From an uncultured Brevinematales bacterium (GTDB taxonomy: Bacteria > Spirochaetota > Brevinematia > Brevinematales > CAYRWR01): a stretch of 64,000 nt of DNA. The stretch lies in NCBI GenBank assembly GCA_964537555.1, contig CAZIAD010000011.1, positions 18,704-82,703 of the forward strand, read 5' to 3'. The notes beneath the pieces are model-generated. The model did no database searches. It saw only the letters and a list, made by a program, of their open reading frames with translations, and had not been told where the DNA came from. Shown in pieces: positions 28,900 through 37,985 of this stretch (its first letter is position 1; each line of letters starts with the position of its first letter). Made by a program: the position numbers and the translations under genes.

Positions 28900-30057
28900 C
28901 TACACACTTTCAGGCATGAGAATAATGGATTCCCCGTCTTTAAGGCTCTTCTTATCCCTGATCTGTTTTAAAGGGGTAAAACTATCGATATAACAATTGG
29001 CACCGATCTTGTAATGGGCCGGTATAATGACATCTTTTCCAATGAGACTGACCCCGAAATTAAGCTGACTCAGTTTTTTATTGACAGTACTACTGCTTTG
29101 CTTACCGATCTCTGCATCTGCTTCTATGTTAGGCAGTGTGTTGTCCCCGGAAAACTCGTCAAGGATAGTGTTGATGATTCGGGCGCCTTTGGCAATATGA
29201 TTGCCGGGCAGGATGATAGAGTTGCGGATATAGGCCCCTCTGTCCACTATCACATCAGAGAAGATTACCGAGTCTTCTACATCACCCGAGACCTCGGCTC
29301 CCTCACCGATGATAGTATTCTTGATGTGAGAATGCCTTTGAAACGTAGCAAAATTATTCATAGACATTGAGCTTTTTACCGGGACATGACTGTTATAAGT
29401 ATCCAAAAACAGATAATCATCCAGCATATCTATATGCTTGTTATAATACTGTTCTATGGAATACAGAGGCAGAAAGATACCATGTACCTCCCTGCTGGGG
29501 AGCTGCTGCTGCTCCACTACCTGATCGATGGCCAGATGAAAGCCCTGCTCCATCCAGACTCCCTTAAAGCGGCGTACAAACTGGTTTCTATCCATGACCA
29601 TGGCAGGGTAAATATCCCCGTGCAGAGTCCTGGCCCGGACCGCCTGAATATTCTCCTTGCCCAGCTTGTCCAGCAGAGGGTTCATATCAAACCATACCGG
29701 ATAGTCCCCGTGGATCAGGGTAATCAGTTCCACCGAATGTTCATGCACATATTCCTGAAAGAACTCCATAAATGTATGCTGCAGGTCTATATGGTCAAAT
29801 ACATGAAAATTCAGATAAGGCCAACCCTTCACCAGGTAGCCATTGATAAATTCTTTATCTTTTTCCGCAAACACGATGATGTGTTCCACTCCTATGGTGG
29901 ACAGGCTGGCTACTGCAAAATCTATGTTTCTGAAACGCGGTGAATAGGGCAACAGATAATGGTCGGTATACTCATCCAGGGACAAAAAGCTATCATAAGC
30001 CTGCCCTACTATGATTCCCAGGCTCAGCTGTCGGGGTTTTTTACTGAATATTGCCAT
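28900..30057 (-). CDS. GlgD-like (non-catalytic-type) sugar-1-phosphate nucleotidyltransferase-family protein with left-handed beta-helix C-terminus
   Basis: N-terminus GIIVGQAYDSFLSLDEYTDHYLLPYSPRFRNIDFAVASLSTIGVEHIIVF matches the GlgC/GlgD layout but lacks the GGxGxRL loop. Hexapeptide-like repeats IIGEGAEVSGDVEDSVIFSDVIVDRGAYIRNSIILPGNHI are present. The ATG shares one base with the mtnA stop. Confidence 0.55.
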   Translation of the reverse strand: MAIFSKKPRQLSLGIIVGQAYDSFLSLDEYTDHYLLPYSPRFRNIDFAVASLSTIGVEHIIVFAEKDKEFINGYLVKGWPYLNFHVFDHIDLQHTFMEFFQEYVHEHSVELITLIHGDYPVWFDMNPLLDKLGKENIQAVRARTLHGDIYPAMVMDRNQFVRRFKGVWMEQGFHLAIDQVVEQQQLPSREVHGIFLPLYSIEQYYNKHIDMLDDYLFLDTYNSHVPVKSSMSMNNFATFQRHSHIKNTIIGEGAEVSGDVEDSVIFSDVIVDRGAYIRNSIILPGNHIAKGARIINTILDEFSGDNTLPNIEADAEIGKQSSSTVNKKLSQLNFGVSLIGKDVIIPAHYKIGANCYIDSFTPLKQIRDKKSLKDGESIILMPESV

Positions 30058-31100
30058 TAAACTGTTCCCACTAATTTTATTATATTTTCTTTAAAGGGAG
30101 GAGTAATAAGGCCCTTTTCGCAGACTATTCCGCTCAGCAGTACTGCTGGTGTCACATCAAAGGCCGGATTAAACACAGCCGCATCCCGGGGAGCCCAGGT
30201 CATCTCCTGATAGCCTTTTACTTCCTGCTCCTGTCTTTCCTCTATAAGGATATCGGCACCCTGTTTTGTATCCAGGTCAAAGGTGCTGGACGGGGCCACC
30301 GTATAAAAGGGTATATGGTGGTATTGAGCCAGCACTGCCAGGCTGTAGGTCCCGATCTTGTTGGCAAAGTCTCCATTGGCTGCAATCCGGTCCGCACCCA
30401 CTATCACACTATCCACTTCTCCCCGGGCCATCAGCATGGCCGCCATATTATCGCAGATAAGGGTGTAGGGCACTCCCTTCTGGCCCAGCTCCCAGGCTGT
30501 AAGCCTGGCCCCCTGCAGCAGAGGCCGGGTCTCATCGACCCATACCCGGCTGACCAGGCCCTGTTCAAAGCCGGCAAAGATCAGCCCCAGGGCAGTCCCG
30601 CCTCCGCCCGTAGCCAGGGCTCCGGTATTGCAGTGGGTCAGCACCCGAGAACCCTGAGCTAGAATGTGCTCTGCAGAGGCCGCCATGGCAGCGCTATGGG
30701 CCAGGTCACTCTTATGAATGTCTCGGGCCAGACTTTCCAGGGCAGACACCAGGCCTTCATCCGGATTCGCGTTAATACACTGCCTGCATTTTTCCAGGGC
30801 ATAGAACAGGTTGACTGCTGTAGGCCGGCTGCTACTGAGGTAATCACATACTTCCAGGACTTTTTTCCTTAAATCCGGCCCGCTCAGTACACTGGAATAC
30901 GCAGATGCACTCAGTGCGACCCCATAGGCGGCACAGATTCCGATGGCAGGTGCGCCTCTTACCGCGAGGCTCTGTATGGCTTCAAAGACTTCCTTCTCAT
31001 TTTTAAGGGTGAGCCTCTGGTATTGGGCCGGCAAGATGCGCTGATCAATAATGGAAAGCACACCTTGTTTATAGCTTACAGTCTCTATAATGGGGAGCAT
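30057..31100 (-). CDS. mtnA: S-methyl-5-thioribose-1-phosphate isomerase (eIF-2B alpha/beta/delta family)
   Basis: QGVLSIIDQRILP, VRGAPAIGICAAYG, RPTAVNLF, THCNTGALATGGGGTALG, VGADRIAANGDFANKIGTY, FDVTPA are all hallmark MtnA blocks. Confidence 0.8.
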   Translation of the reverse strand: MLPIIETVSYKQGVLSIIDQRILPAQYQRLTLKNEKEVFEAIQSLAVRGAPAIGICAAYGVALSASAYSSVLSGPDLRKKVLEVCDYLSSSRPTAVNLFYALEKCRQCINANPDEGLVSALESLARDIHKSDLAHSAAMAASAEHILAQGSRVLTHCNTGALATGGGGTALGLIFAGFEQGLVSRVWVDETRPLLQGARLTAWELGQKGVPYTLICDNMAAMLMARGEVDSVIVGADRIAANGDFANKIGTYSLAVLAQYHHIPFYTVAPSSTFDLDTKQGADILIEERQEQEVKGYQEMTWAPRDAAVFNPAFDVTPAVLLSGIVCEKGLITPPFKENIIKLVGTV

Positions 31101-31101
31101 A

Positions 31102-31854
31102 TCAGTACATCTTTTCCTTTTTAAATATTTTGCGATAAAGGGTCACCACAAAGATAGTGAACAGCCTGAAAAAGCGGGCTACATTCCAGGGCTGGGTCAG
31201 GCTGGTATACAGGCCATTCCAGCCTTTTTTTTGTACCCCTATAGGCGGCATCTTTTTCTTTCCGGAGACCACTTCAAATGCATGATCCACCCCCACAATG
31301 ATGGAATCAGAAAAGGTCTCTTTATTCTGGTCCAGCCACTTTTCCTGAACAGCTCCCCCTTTCAGGTTGCAGAAGAAGATCTGAGGACTGCTCTTTCTAA
31401 TGGCTGTCAGTACATCTCTTTTCTCTTTATCTTTGATATGGGAATGATAGGCCCCTACCAGACGGGCATGAGGAAATGATTTCCTGACCCGTTTGGCCGC
31501 CTCCAGGTTGGCTGATTTGTTGGCTCCATACAGATAAAAGCTATAACCCATTTCATCAGATACCCTCATGATATCCAGAAACAGAGTTACCGGGATGATG
31601 ACAGGCACGGTTTCCCCGGTCAATACCCGGGCAGCCCAGGCTACCGTTCCGGAACCACACAGCACTACTTCACAGCGGTTGATTGAAGTCCTGAGTTCCT
31701 GGTCAAATAAAGCAAAAAACAGCTTCTTTTCATCCAGGACTATGACTCTGAACTTACTTTTTTCATACAGGGTCTGAATGAGATATTCTTTCAGCTCTTC
31801 CCGGTTCAGGCGGGAAATCTTGATCCCTAAAAATTTCAGCGAAAGTGGTATCAT
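31102..31854 (-). CDS. WecG/TagA/CpsF-family glycosyltransferase
   Basis: 250 aa. YLYGANKSANLEAAKRVRKSFPHARLVGAYHS ... SSPQIFFCNLKGGAVQEKWL ... IIVGVDHAFEVVSGKKKMPP fits the Glyco_tran_WecG pattern. Confidence 0.7.
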   Translation of the reverse strand: MIPLSLKFLGIKISRLNREELKEYLIQTLYEKSKFRVIVLDEKKLFFALFDQELRTSINRCEVVLCGSGTVAWAARVLTGETVPVIIPVTLFLDIMRVSDEMGYSFYLYGANKSANLEAAKRVRKSFPHARLVGAYHSHIKDKEKRDVLTAIRKSSPQIFFCNLKGGAVQEKWLDQNKETFSDSIIVGVDHAFEVVSGKKKMPPIGVQKKGWNGLYTSLTQPWNVARFFRLFTIFVVTLYRKIFKKEKMY

Positions 31855-31887
31855 CCTTCACTCCCCTCCCTTTAGATCTAATCCCGT

Positions 31888-33612
31888 TTACGAATTGTTA
31901 AAATCTGCACCGGAAAAGAGGTAACGTTTGATCTTCTTGGTAGAAGTCTTCGGGAACTCTTCCACACGGATACGATGGCCCCGGATCTTTTTATAATCCT
32001 GAAGATGTTTGTTTACTTCTTTTAAATGCCTTTCTATATATGCTGCGATATTTTCTTCTGTATTCTTAAATCCCTTGAGTGATGCCAGCTGATCAAAGTA
32101 TTCATAGTTGGGAACCACATAGGCGTAAATATTTTCTCCTTTGGAATGGTCACCTTCTGCCACACCCAGAACCAGAGATTCCAATACGCCCTCATCATTA
32201 TCTATGTACTCTTCGATCTCCTCCGGGTAGACATTCTTGCCCCCGGGTGTGACTATCATGTTCTTGGAGCGTCCCGTAATATAGAGATATCCATCATGAT
32301 CTAATGTGCCTATATCACCGGTATGGAGCCACCCGGATTTATCTATCATCTCATTGGTAGCTTTTTTATTGTTAAAATAGCCTTTCATCACATTAGGGCC
32401 TTTGACCAGGATCTCACCATTACCCAGTTCATCCGGCCTGTCGATCTTTACTTCCACCTGAGGGAAGATGGGGCCCACACTCTCATTTTTAACCTTCTGA
32501 TCCATCCGGTTACAGGAGATGACCGGGGCCGTCTCAGTGAGACCGTATCCATTGAGCAGGGTCAGTCCCAGAGTAGCGTAACCCTTACTCACTTTCTGAT
32601 TCAGGGGGGCAGCCCCTGATACCATAAACCTGATCTTATTCAGATTGGCTTTTTTACGGATAAAACCAAATACCTTCTTTCCGGAGCGATTGTCATTAAA
32701 CTGGTTCAGAAATGCAACAGTGTGGTATAAGCCCATAATGATCTGCTTCACCGGGAAGGGCATAGTACGGATCTTTCTCATAATGCCGTCATAGACCTTT
32801 TCAAAGAGTAGAGGCACTCCCACCATGAGGGTGACATTGGTCTCTGAGATATTGGCCAGCATCTTGTTAGGCTTCATGCTCTCTGCGTAGGTCACACTGA
32901 CTCCCTTACTCATGAGAGCGAGCTCTATACTAAACTCAAAAGTATGGTGCAGGGGCAGTAAGGACAATGTAGTGTCCCTGTCATCAAAAGGCAGGCAAAT
33001 CGGTATGACATTTACCTGATGGGAGAAATTAGCATGGGTCAGCAAAACCCCTTTGGGCTTGCCGGTGGTACCTGAGGTATAAATGAGGGATGCTACGTCT
33101 TCACCTTTGACAGTCGTCTTTTTCAGATCCAGCTTGTAGCCGGCTTCCAGGACAGATTCAAATGACACTATCTTTCTCTTCTTCAGCATTTCGGGAGTGG
33201 GATCAAAGACGATGAATTCAGAGATATGATTCATGACTTCGGGCACATCCTGAATGCTTTCATACAAAGCCCGGGACAGGAAAATGACACGGACCCCGCT
33301 GTCCAGGACCAGATTCTTGACCTCCCTGTCGGTGAGACGGGCGTCCAGAGGTACCGCCCAGATCCCATTGTAGATGATGCCCAGATAAGACATAAACCAT
33401 TCAGGACGGTTTTCAGATAAAATGGCAGCCATAGCTCCTTTGCCCAGGTGTTTCTTTTTCTCCAGATAGGCAGCCACGGCTTTGGCATTTTTCTGCAGCT
33501 CTAAAAAGGAGTACTCTGTATATTCATCACCGGATAATTTCATCTGTGAAGCAGTCCTGGCCCCAAAGATGCCTATCTGCTCTACATAATCCTGTAGTGT
33601 CTTGATTTCCAT
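31888..33612 (-). CDS. AMP-dependent synthetase/ligase (long-chain acyl-CoA synthetase-like)
   Basis: Preferred ATG at 33612 is preceded by GGAGG. AMP-binding signature YTSGTTGKPKGVLLTH, plus GYGLTET and WLHTGDIG motifs. Confidence 0.8.
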   Translation of the reverse strand: MEIKTLQDYVEQIGIFGARTASQMKLSGDEYTEYSFLELQKNAKAVAAYLEKKKHLGKGAMAAILSENRPEWFMSYLGIIYNGIWAVPLDARLTDREVKNLVLDSGVRVIFLSRALYESIQDVPEVMNHISEFIVFDPTPEMLKKRKIVSFESVLEAGYKLDLKKTTVKGEDVASLIYTSGTTGKPKGVLLTHANFSHQVNVIPICLPFDDRDTTLSLLPLHHTFEFSIELALMSKGVSVTYAESMKPNKMLANISETNVTLMVGVPLLFEKVYDGIMRKIRTMPFPVKQIIMGLYHTVAFLNQFNDNRSGKKVFGFIRKKANLNKIRFMVSGAAPLNQKVSKGYATLGLTLLNGYGLTETAPVISCNRMDQKVKNESVGPIFPQVEVKIDRPDELGNGEILVKGPNVMKGYFNNKKATNEMIDKSGWLHTGDIGTLDHDGYLYITGRSKNMIVTPGGKNVYPEEIEEYIDNDEGVLESLVLGVAEGDHSKGENIYAYVVPNYEYFDQLASLKGFKNTEENIAAYIERHLKEVNKHLQDYKKIRGHRIRVEEFPKTSTKKIKRYLFSGADFNNS

Positions 33613-33738
33613 TAATATACTCCTCCAAAGGGATACCATATTATATATCATATCTGCCAAAGGTCAATAAAGCTCAGCCATGCAGTTTGAAAAAAAATAA
33701 AAGATTTATTCTATAAAACTTCTGGAAATGGCCGGATT

Positions 33739-34482
33739 CTAATCGTCTTTCTTAAAATCACCGGTCACAGGAATGATCCTCAGTAATGGTGCCGGGGTAT
33801 CAGATTCCAGGGTGACACTTTCCAGGAAAACCGCCAGCCTGCCCTGATAGACGTATATGGAAGAAATACTATAAGCCAGAGGATCTTTACGATAGGCATT
33901 GAGACGCTTGTCCTGCTGCAGGATCTTGGAATTATTGTTACGACTCAGACTGAGGGTAAAAATGCGGGGGTCACCTGTTTCATTTCGGTCCGAATAGGCC
34001 CAACGCTCTTCCAGATTAAGGGTATAGGTCCTGATCGTACCTGATTCTTTTTCTACCTTGAAGTCAGTGGACAGGATCTTGAGCTGGTCTATCAAGCGCA
34101 GGGGTTTTCCCTCCAGGCTGAAGTAAAAGGCCCGGTCTCCGATATTTCCTGAACGTATATTAAACTGCTGTAACAAGCCTTCGATCTCCCGGTCCAGGGC
34201 CCGGTGGGCCAGTACCGGCCCCATACCGAACTGGTCCGGTGATGAGTCTACCGCAGCCTTCATGATCTGCCATACATTGATCTTTACCCGGAGTTTTTCT
34301 CCGGCATACTGGTTAGCCTCCACGTCCAGGACCCGGCACTCCAGCTCATAGTCCTGACGGGCATTAAAGTCCTCCCAGGTGTAGGCACAATACTTTCCAT
34401 CCTCTGAAAAACCCAGAAAAGTGTATTTGGCATGCAGCATCACCGAGCTGAAAATAAAGATGAGGCCCAGGATAAATCTCAT
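33739..34482 (-). CDS. Secreted hypothetical protein (possibly DUF2259-like), tandem paralog 2
   Basis: Signal peptide MRFILGLIFIFSSVMLHA. FLGFSEDGKYCAYTWEDF...VLDVEAN and C-terminal KILQQDKRLNAYRKDPLAYSISSIYVYQGRLAVFLES parallel the upstream gene. Confidence 0.5.
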   Translation of the reverse strand: MRFILGLIFIFSSVMLHAKYTFLGFSEDGKYCAYTWEDFNARQDYELECRVLDVEANQYAGEKLRVKINVWQIMKAAVDSSPDQFGMGPVLAHRALDREIEGLLQQFNIRSGNIGDRAFYFSLEGKPLRLIDQLKILSTDFKVEKESGTIRTYTLNLEERWAYSDRNETGDPRIFTLSLSRNNNSKILQQDKRLNAYRKDPLAYSISSIYVYQGRLAVFLESVTLESDTPAPLLRIIPVTGDFKKDD

Positions 34483-35234
34483 TTTTTGACCTTGAAATCA
34501 CCGGTTACGATGAGAGGGCGGATCTTGTAATCCCGGCCATTGATTCCGTCAAAACCGATCACGCTCTCCAGGATCACAGCCAGCATTCCATTATAATAAT
34601 AGACCCGGGACAGAGAATAGGCTATAGGGTCCTGCCGGGATTTGGGGAGTTGTCTGTCCTCCTGCAGGATCTTGGTCTTACCCTTGCGGGACAGCTTCAG
34701 GGTGAACATCCTTTGTCCATCATAGTAAAGAGGTACCTTCCGCTCTTCCAGTATTAAGGTATAGTCTTTCTTTAGCCCATCTTCTTTTTCTACAGTAAAG
34801 CCTGCTTTCAGCACTCTTTTTTTTAAGGCCTGCGATATAGTCCCTATGCTGAGGTCCAGGTCATTTCTATACAGTATCTCTCCCTGAGCATCAAAGGAGA
34901 TCTGGTATTTTTTCAGTAATGAACTCACCCTCAGATCCATTTTATCACCCAGTACGCGATAGGCAGCATCATATTCGGTGGCACCCTCTTCTTCAATGCC
35001 TTTGCGGGCTTCGTCCCGGCTGATCGAGTCTGTGAGCTCAGCATCCACAAAATCATTGGCCTCTACATCCACTATACGGACCGTCCTCTGGAAAAAGACC
35101 TCTCCATTTCCAAACTCACTGTAAGTAAAGGCACAGTACTTTCCATCAGGAGAAAAGCCTATCACCCCGAAATCAGCAAAGACCATGCCTGCTGAAAACA
35201 GCATAATAGCCAGAAATACAATTAATTTTTTCAT
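34479..35234 (-). CDS. Secreted hypothetical protein (possibly DUF2259-like), tandem paralog 1
   Basis: ATG at 35234 gives MKKLIVFLAIMLFSAGMVFA. VIGFSPDGKYCAFTYSEF...IVDVEAN and KILQEDRQLPKSRQDPIAYSLSRVYYYNGMLAVILES match the paralog. There is a 4-nt overlap with the downstream paralog. Confidence 0.5.
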   Translation of the reverse strand: MKKLIVFLAIMLFSAGMVFADFGVIGFSPDGKYCAFTYSEFGNGEVFFQRTVRIVDVEANDFVDAELTDSISRDEARKGIEEEGATEYDAAYRVLGDKMDLRVSSLLKKYQISFDAQGEILYRNDLDLSIGTISQALKKRVLKAGFTVEKEDGLKKDYTLILEERKVPLYYDGQRMFTLKLSRKGKTKILQEDRQLPKSRQDPIAYSLSRVYYYNGMLAVILESVIGFDGINGRDYKIRPLIVTGDFKVKK

Positions 35235-35304
35235 TTTTATCCCCAATTTAGTGATTTTAGCCTGATTTTTCTCAGTATGACACAGAAATCCCGGATTTTA
35301 AAAA

Positions 35305-35700
35305 TCAAAGGAACTCCCCAATAAGCTTCCTCATGCGCATGTCTGTCAAATGGTCCAGGTCTATGCCTGTGACTATATCCCTTATCAGCCTGCCCTGCTC
35401 AGGATGATCCTCCCAGTATGTGAGATCTATAGCCATCACATTTTCCAGCAGATCCCCCGGAAAATCACCCGCCTGTAAGAGGGGCTCTGAGTCTAGAACT
35501 TTTAAGGCCAGGGGTATGAGGTAGTCCAGGCCGATAAACTGGGCTATCATCACCGACAGGTCAGCCGGGGTCAGTTCCTTTAAAGGAATGTGCCGGAGCC
35601 GGTTACACTCCAGGACTAAAGTGGGCTCTCCCTGACACTCCCCCCAGCTGTGCCGTTCCAGCTGGTCCAGGCTCTGTTCCAGGATGTTGTTGTCTGCCAT
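35305..35700 (-). CDS. Contact-dependent-inhibition-type immunity protein (CdiI_2-like), orphan
   Basis: LEQSLDQLERHSWGE...ECNRLRHIPLKELTPADLSVMIAQFIGLDYLIPLALKVLDSEPLLQAGDFPGDLLENVMAIDLTYWEDHPE follows my recollection of the CdiI_2 immunity family consensus. Confidence 0.55.
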   Translation of the reverse strand: MADNNILEQSLDQLERHSWGECQGEPTLVLECNRLRHIPLKELTPADLSVMIAQFIGLDYLIPLALKVLDSEPLLQAGDFPGDLLENVMAIDLTYWEDHPEQGRLIRDIVTGIDLDHLTDMRMRKLIGEFL

Positions 35701-35928
35701 TTGATACCTCTCTCTATTGTGATCAGAAGAATATTATCTTTAAGCATTAAATAAAGTGTATCATAGAGAGAGAATATTGCAAGGCATGTGAGGAAAGGAT
35801 TTGGGGGAGACTGGTATATTAGCATTGTATGTTTGCCTATACCCCCCATAAGGCCATACTCCTCTAATCCGGAGCCAAAGCTCCGGATTAGAGAGATGAT
35901 GAAAAGGACAGGGTCACCATAATCTGCT

Positions 35929-37983
35929 TCAGTCTGACTTTTTCTTTTGAGTGGCCAGTGACACAAACACCAGGGTTAGGAAGCTGATGGGCATGGAGAA
36001 AAGGGCGGGCTGGTTAAGGGGGATCCAGGCTGATTCCCGGGCCAATCCGTATTTGGCAAACATATCCGGGCCCATAAGGATTATGCCCAGTGACACGATC
36101 ACTCCCACAATAATAGATGCCACGATCCCTTGTGAGGTGGCCTTTTTCCAGAACAGGACCATGATGATAGCCGGGAAATTCGCAGAAGCGGCTACCGCAA
36201 AGGCCCATCCTACCAGGAAGCCTACATTGACTCCCTTGAAAACAATACCTAAGACAATGGATATAATGCCCACCACTAAAGCGGTGATCCTACCGGCCAG
36301 GACTTTTGTACTGTCTTTCATTTTTAGCTTAAGGAACTTGTCCATAAAGTCATTGGCCACTGCACCGGAGGCAGCGATTATCAATCCGGCCACTGTCCCT
36401 AATACCGTGGCAAAGGCCAGGGCGGTGATGATGGCAAAGAAGACCTCTCCCATAGCCCGGGCCAGAAGGGGAGCCGACATATTATCCGACAGGGGATTTA
36501 ACCCGCCGTGGCCGATGGCCCCCAGGCCCAGAAACATAGTCAGGATATAGAATATCCCGATAGCAGAGATAGCTACAATAGTGGACTTTCGGGCGGCGGT
36601 GGAGTCTTTTACGGTATAATAGCGGATCAGCACATGAGGCAGGGCAGCCGTACCAAACAGCAGGGCCAGCATCAGGGAAATAAAATTCAGCCTTCCCCAG
36701 GGGTCCTTTTTTGACAGGTCAAAATGACGGCCCGGACGCATTAAGAGGTTCCCTTTTACCACATCGTGGCTGAAGAGAGTGATTTTACGGTTTTCGTATT
36801 CTATTACGGTTTTTACAGGCAGGTTTAGCTCTGTATCCGGGTCTGCAAACAGAGCCAGGAATTTCATGGCACCCACTGGTTTTTTCCCCGCAGTCTCCCC
36901 GGTCCGTGAGCCAATGGCCCGTATTCCCCCCATGGTCAGGAGACGGTTTTCCGGGGATGAGGGCAGGCCATTAATCAGGGGCCGGCCATCCGTATCCACA
37001 GTCATATCCTGCAGTTCGATCAATACGGCCTTTCCTTTGTCTTCGGTGAGTTCCCACCAGGTATCCACGACTATATATTTTCTTCCTTTTTCTGTGATGA
37101 TCTGCAGCTTATTGTAATCAAGGTCTACACTCAGGGTCTGGCCCCGGCTCAGGATCTGTGCCTTATCTCCTGATTCCTGCCCCAGAGGAATCCGTTTTTT
37201 CAGAAGTACCCAGTGCTGCTCCCTTTGATCCTGTCTGGTGCTGATACTGGCTTCATACTGATAACTCTCATCATTCAGTGTCTTTTTCCAGTCAATATTC
37301 CCCCCGGCCTTTACCAGGTCCAGGGTCTGGAATGTGTAGGGAGACACCTGGACACCGGTGGTATTCCGGGTATCTGTTTTGGTATCCACCCCTTTTACCA
37401 GGATAGCGATCACCAGCACCAGGGAGAAAACAATAAGCATACTGGCCTTGATGAACTGGACATAAGTAGTAGACGACATCCCCGCACTCATGACTACAAT
37501 AATAACCACCGCACCTACGATAATGACCCCCCAGTGATGCGCAATTCCCAGTAAGGGCTCAATCAGTACACCCGCCCCTACCATCTGGGGTACCAGATAA
37601 CACAGACAAATGACCAGAGTACTGATACTGGCTGCCAGGTGTATGTTTTTGGACTTAAAACGGGCACCCAGGGCATCAGCCAGGGTATACTTACCCAGCT
37701 TGCGTAAGGGCTCGGCTACTACAAAAAGCGCTACGATCCAGCCTGATAAAAAACCGATAGAATATAAAAAGCCGTCGAATCCCTTGAAAGCGATCATACC
37801 GCATATACCCAGGAAGGAAGCTGCAGACAGATAGCCTCCAGTCAGAGCAATACCATTTACTCCCCAGTGAATCTCTCCGCCCGCCACAAAAAATCCATCC
37901 GCAGAACTGGCTTTTTTACCAAAGAACCAGGACAGCCAGAAGATCAATCCCACAAAGCCTGTAAAAATAAAAATGGCTAACAT
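35929..37983 (-). CDS. Sodium:solute symporter, ActP-like (cation/acetate symporter family) with a ~235-aa hydrophilic insertion
   Basis: FFVAGGEIHWGVNGIALTGGYLSAASFLG and LPHVLIRYYT are SSS/ActP hallmarks. The gene immediately follows a DUF485 gene, as in yjcH-actP. Confidence 0.7.
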   Translation of the reverse strand: MLAIFIFTGFVGLIFWLSWFFGKKASSADGFFVAGGEIHWGVNGIALTGGYLSAASFLGICGMIAFKGFDGFLYSIGFLSGWIVALFVVAEPLRKLGKYTLADALGARFKSKNIHLAASISTLVICLCYLVPQMVGAGVLIEPLLGIAHHWGVIIVGAVVIIVVMSAGMSSTTYVQFIKASMLIVFSLVLVIAILVKGVDTKTDTRNTTGVQVSPYTFQTLDLVKAGGNIDWKKTLNDESYQYEASISTRQDQREQHWVLLKKRIPLGQESGDKAQILSRGQTLSVDLDYNKLQIITEKGRKYIVVDTWWELTEDKGKAVLIELQDMTVDTDGRPLINGLPSSPENRLLTMGGIRAIGSRTGETAGKKPVGAMKFLALFADPDTELNLPVKTVIEYENRKITLFSHDVVKGNLLMRPGRHFDLSKKDPWGRLNFISLMLALLFGTAALPHVLIRYYTVKDSTAARKSTIVAISAIGIFYILTMFLGLGAIGHGGLNPLSDNMSAPLLARAMGEVFFAIITALAFATVLGTVAGLIIAASGAVANDFMDKFLKLKMKDSTKVLAGRITALVVGIISIVLGIVFKGVNVGFLVGWAFAVAASANFPAIIMVLFWKKATSQGIVASIIVGVIVSLGIILMGPDMFAKYGLARESAWIPLNQPALFSMPISFLTLVFVSLATQKKKSD

Positions 37984-37985
37984 AT

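Noticed and set aside
35616-35966. 116-aa minus-strand ORF bridging the immunity gene and the symporter stop
   Set aside because: It overlaps the CdiI-like gene start in another frame and covers an AT-rich intergenic promoter region. It has no RBS or family.
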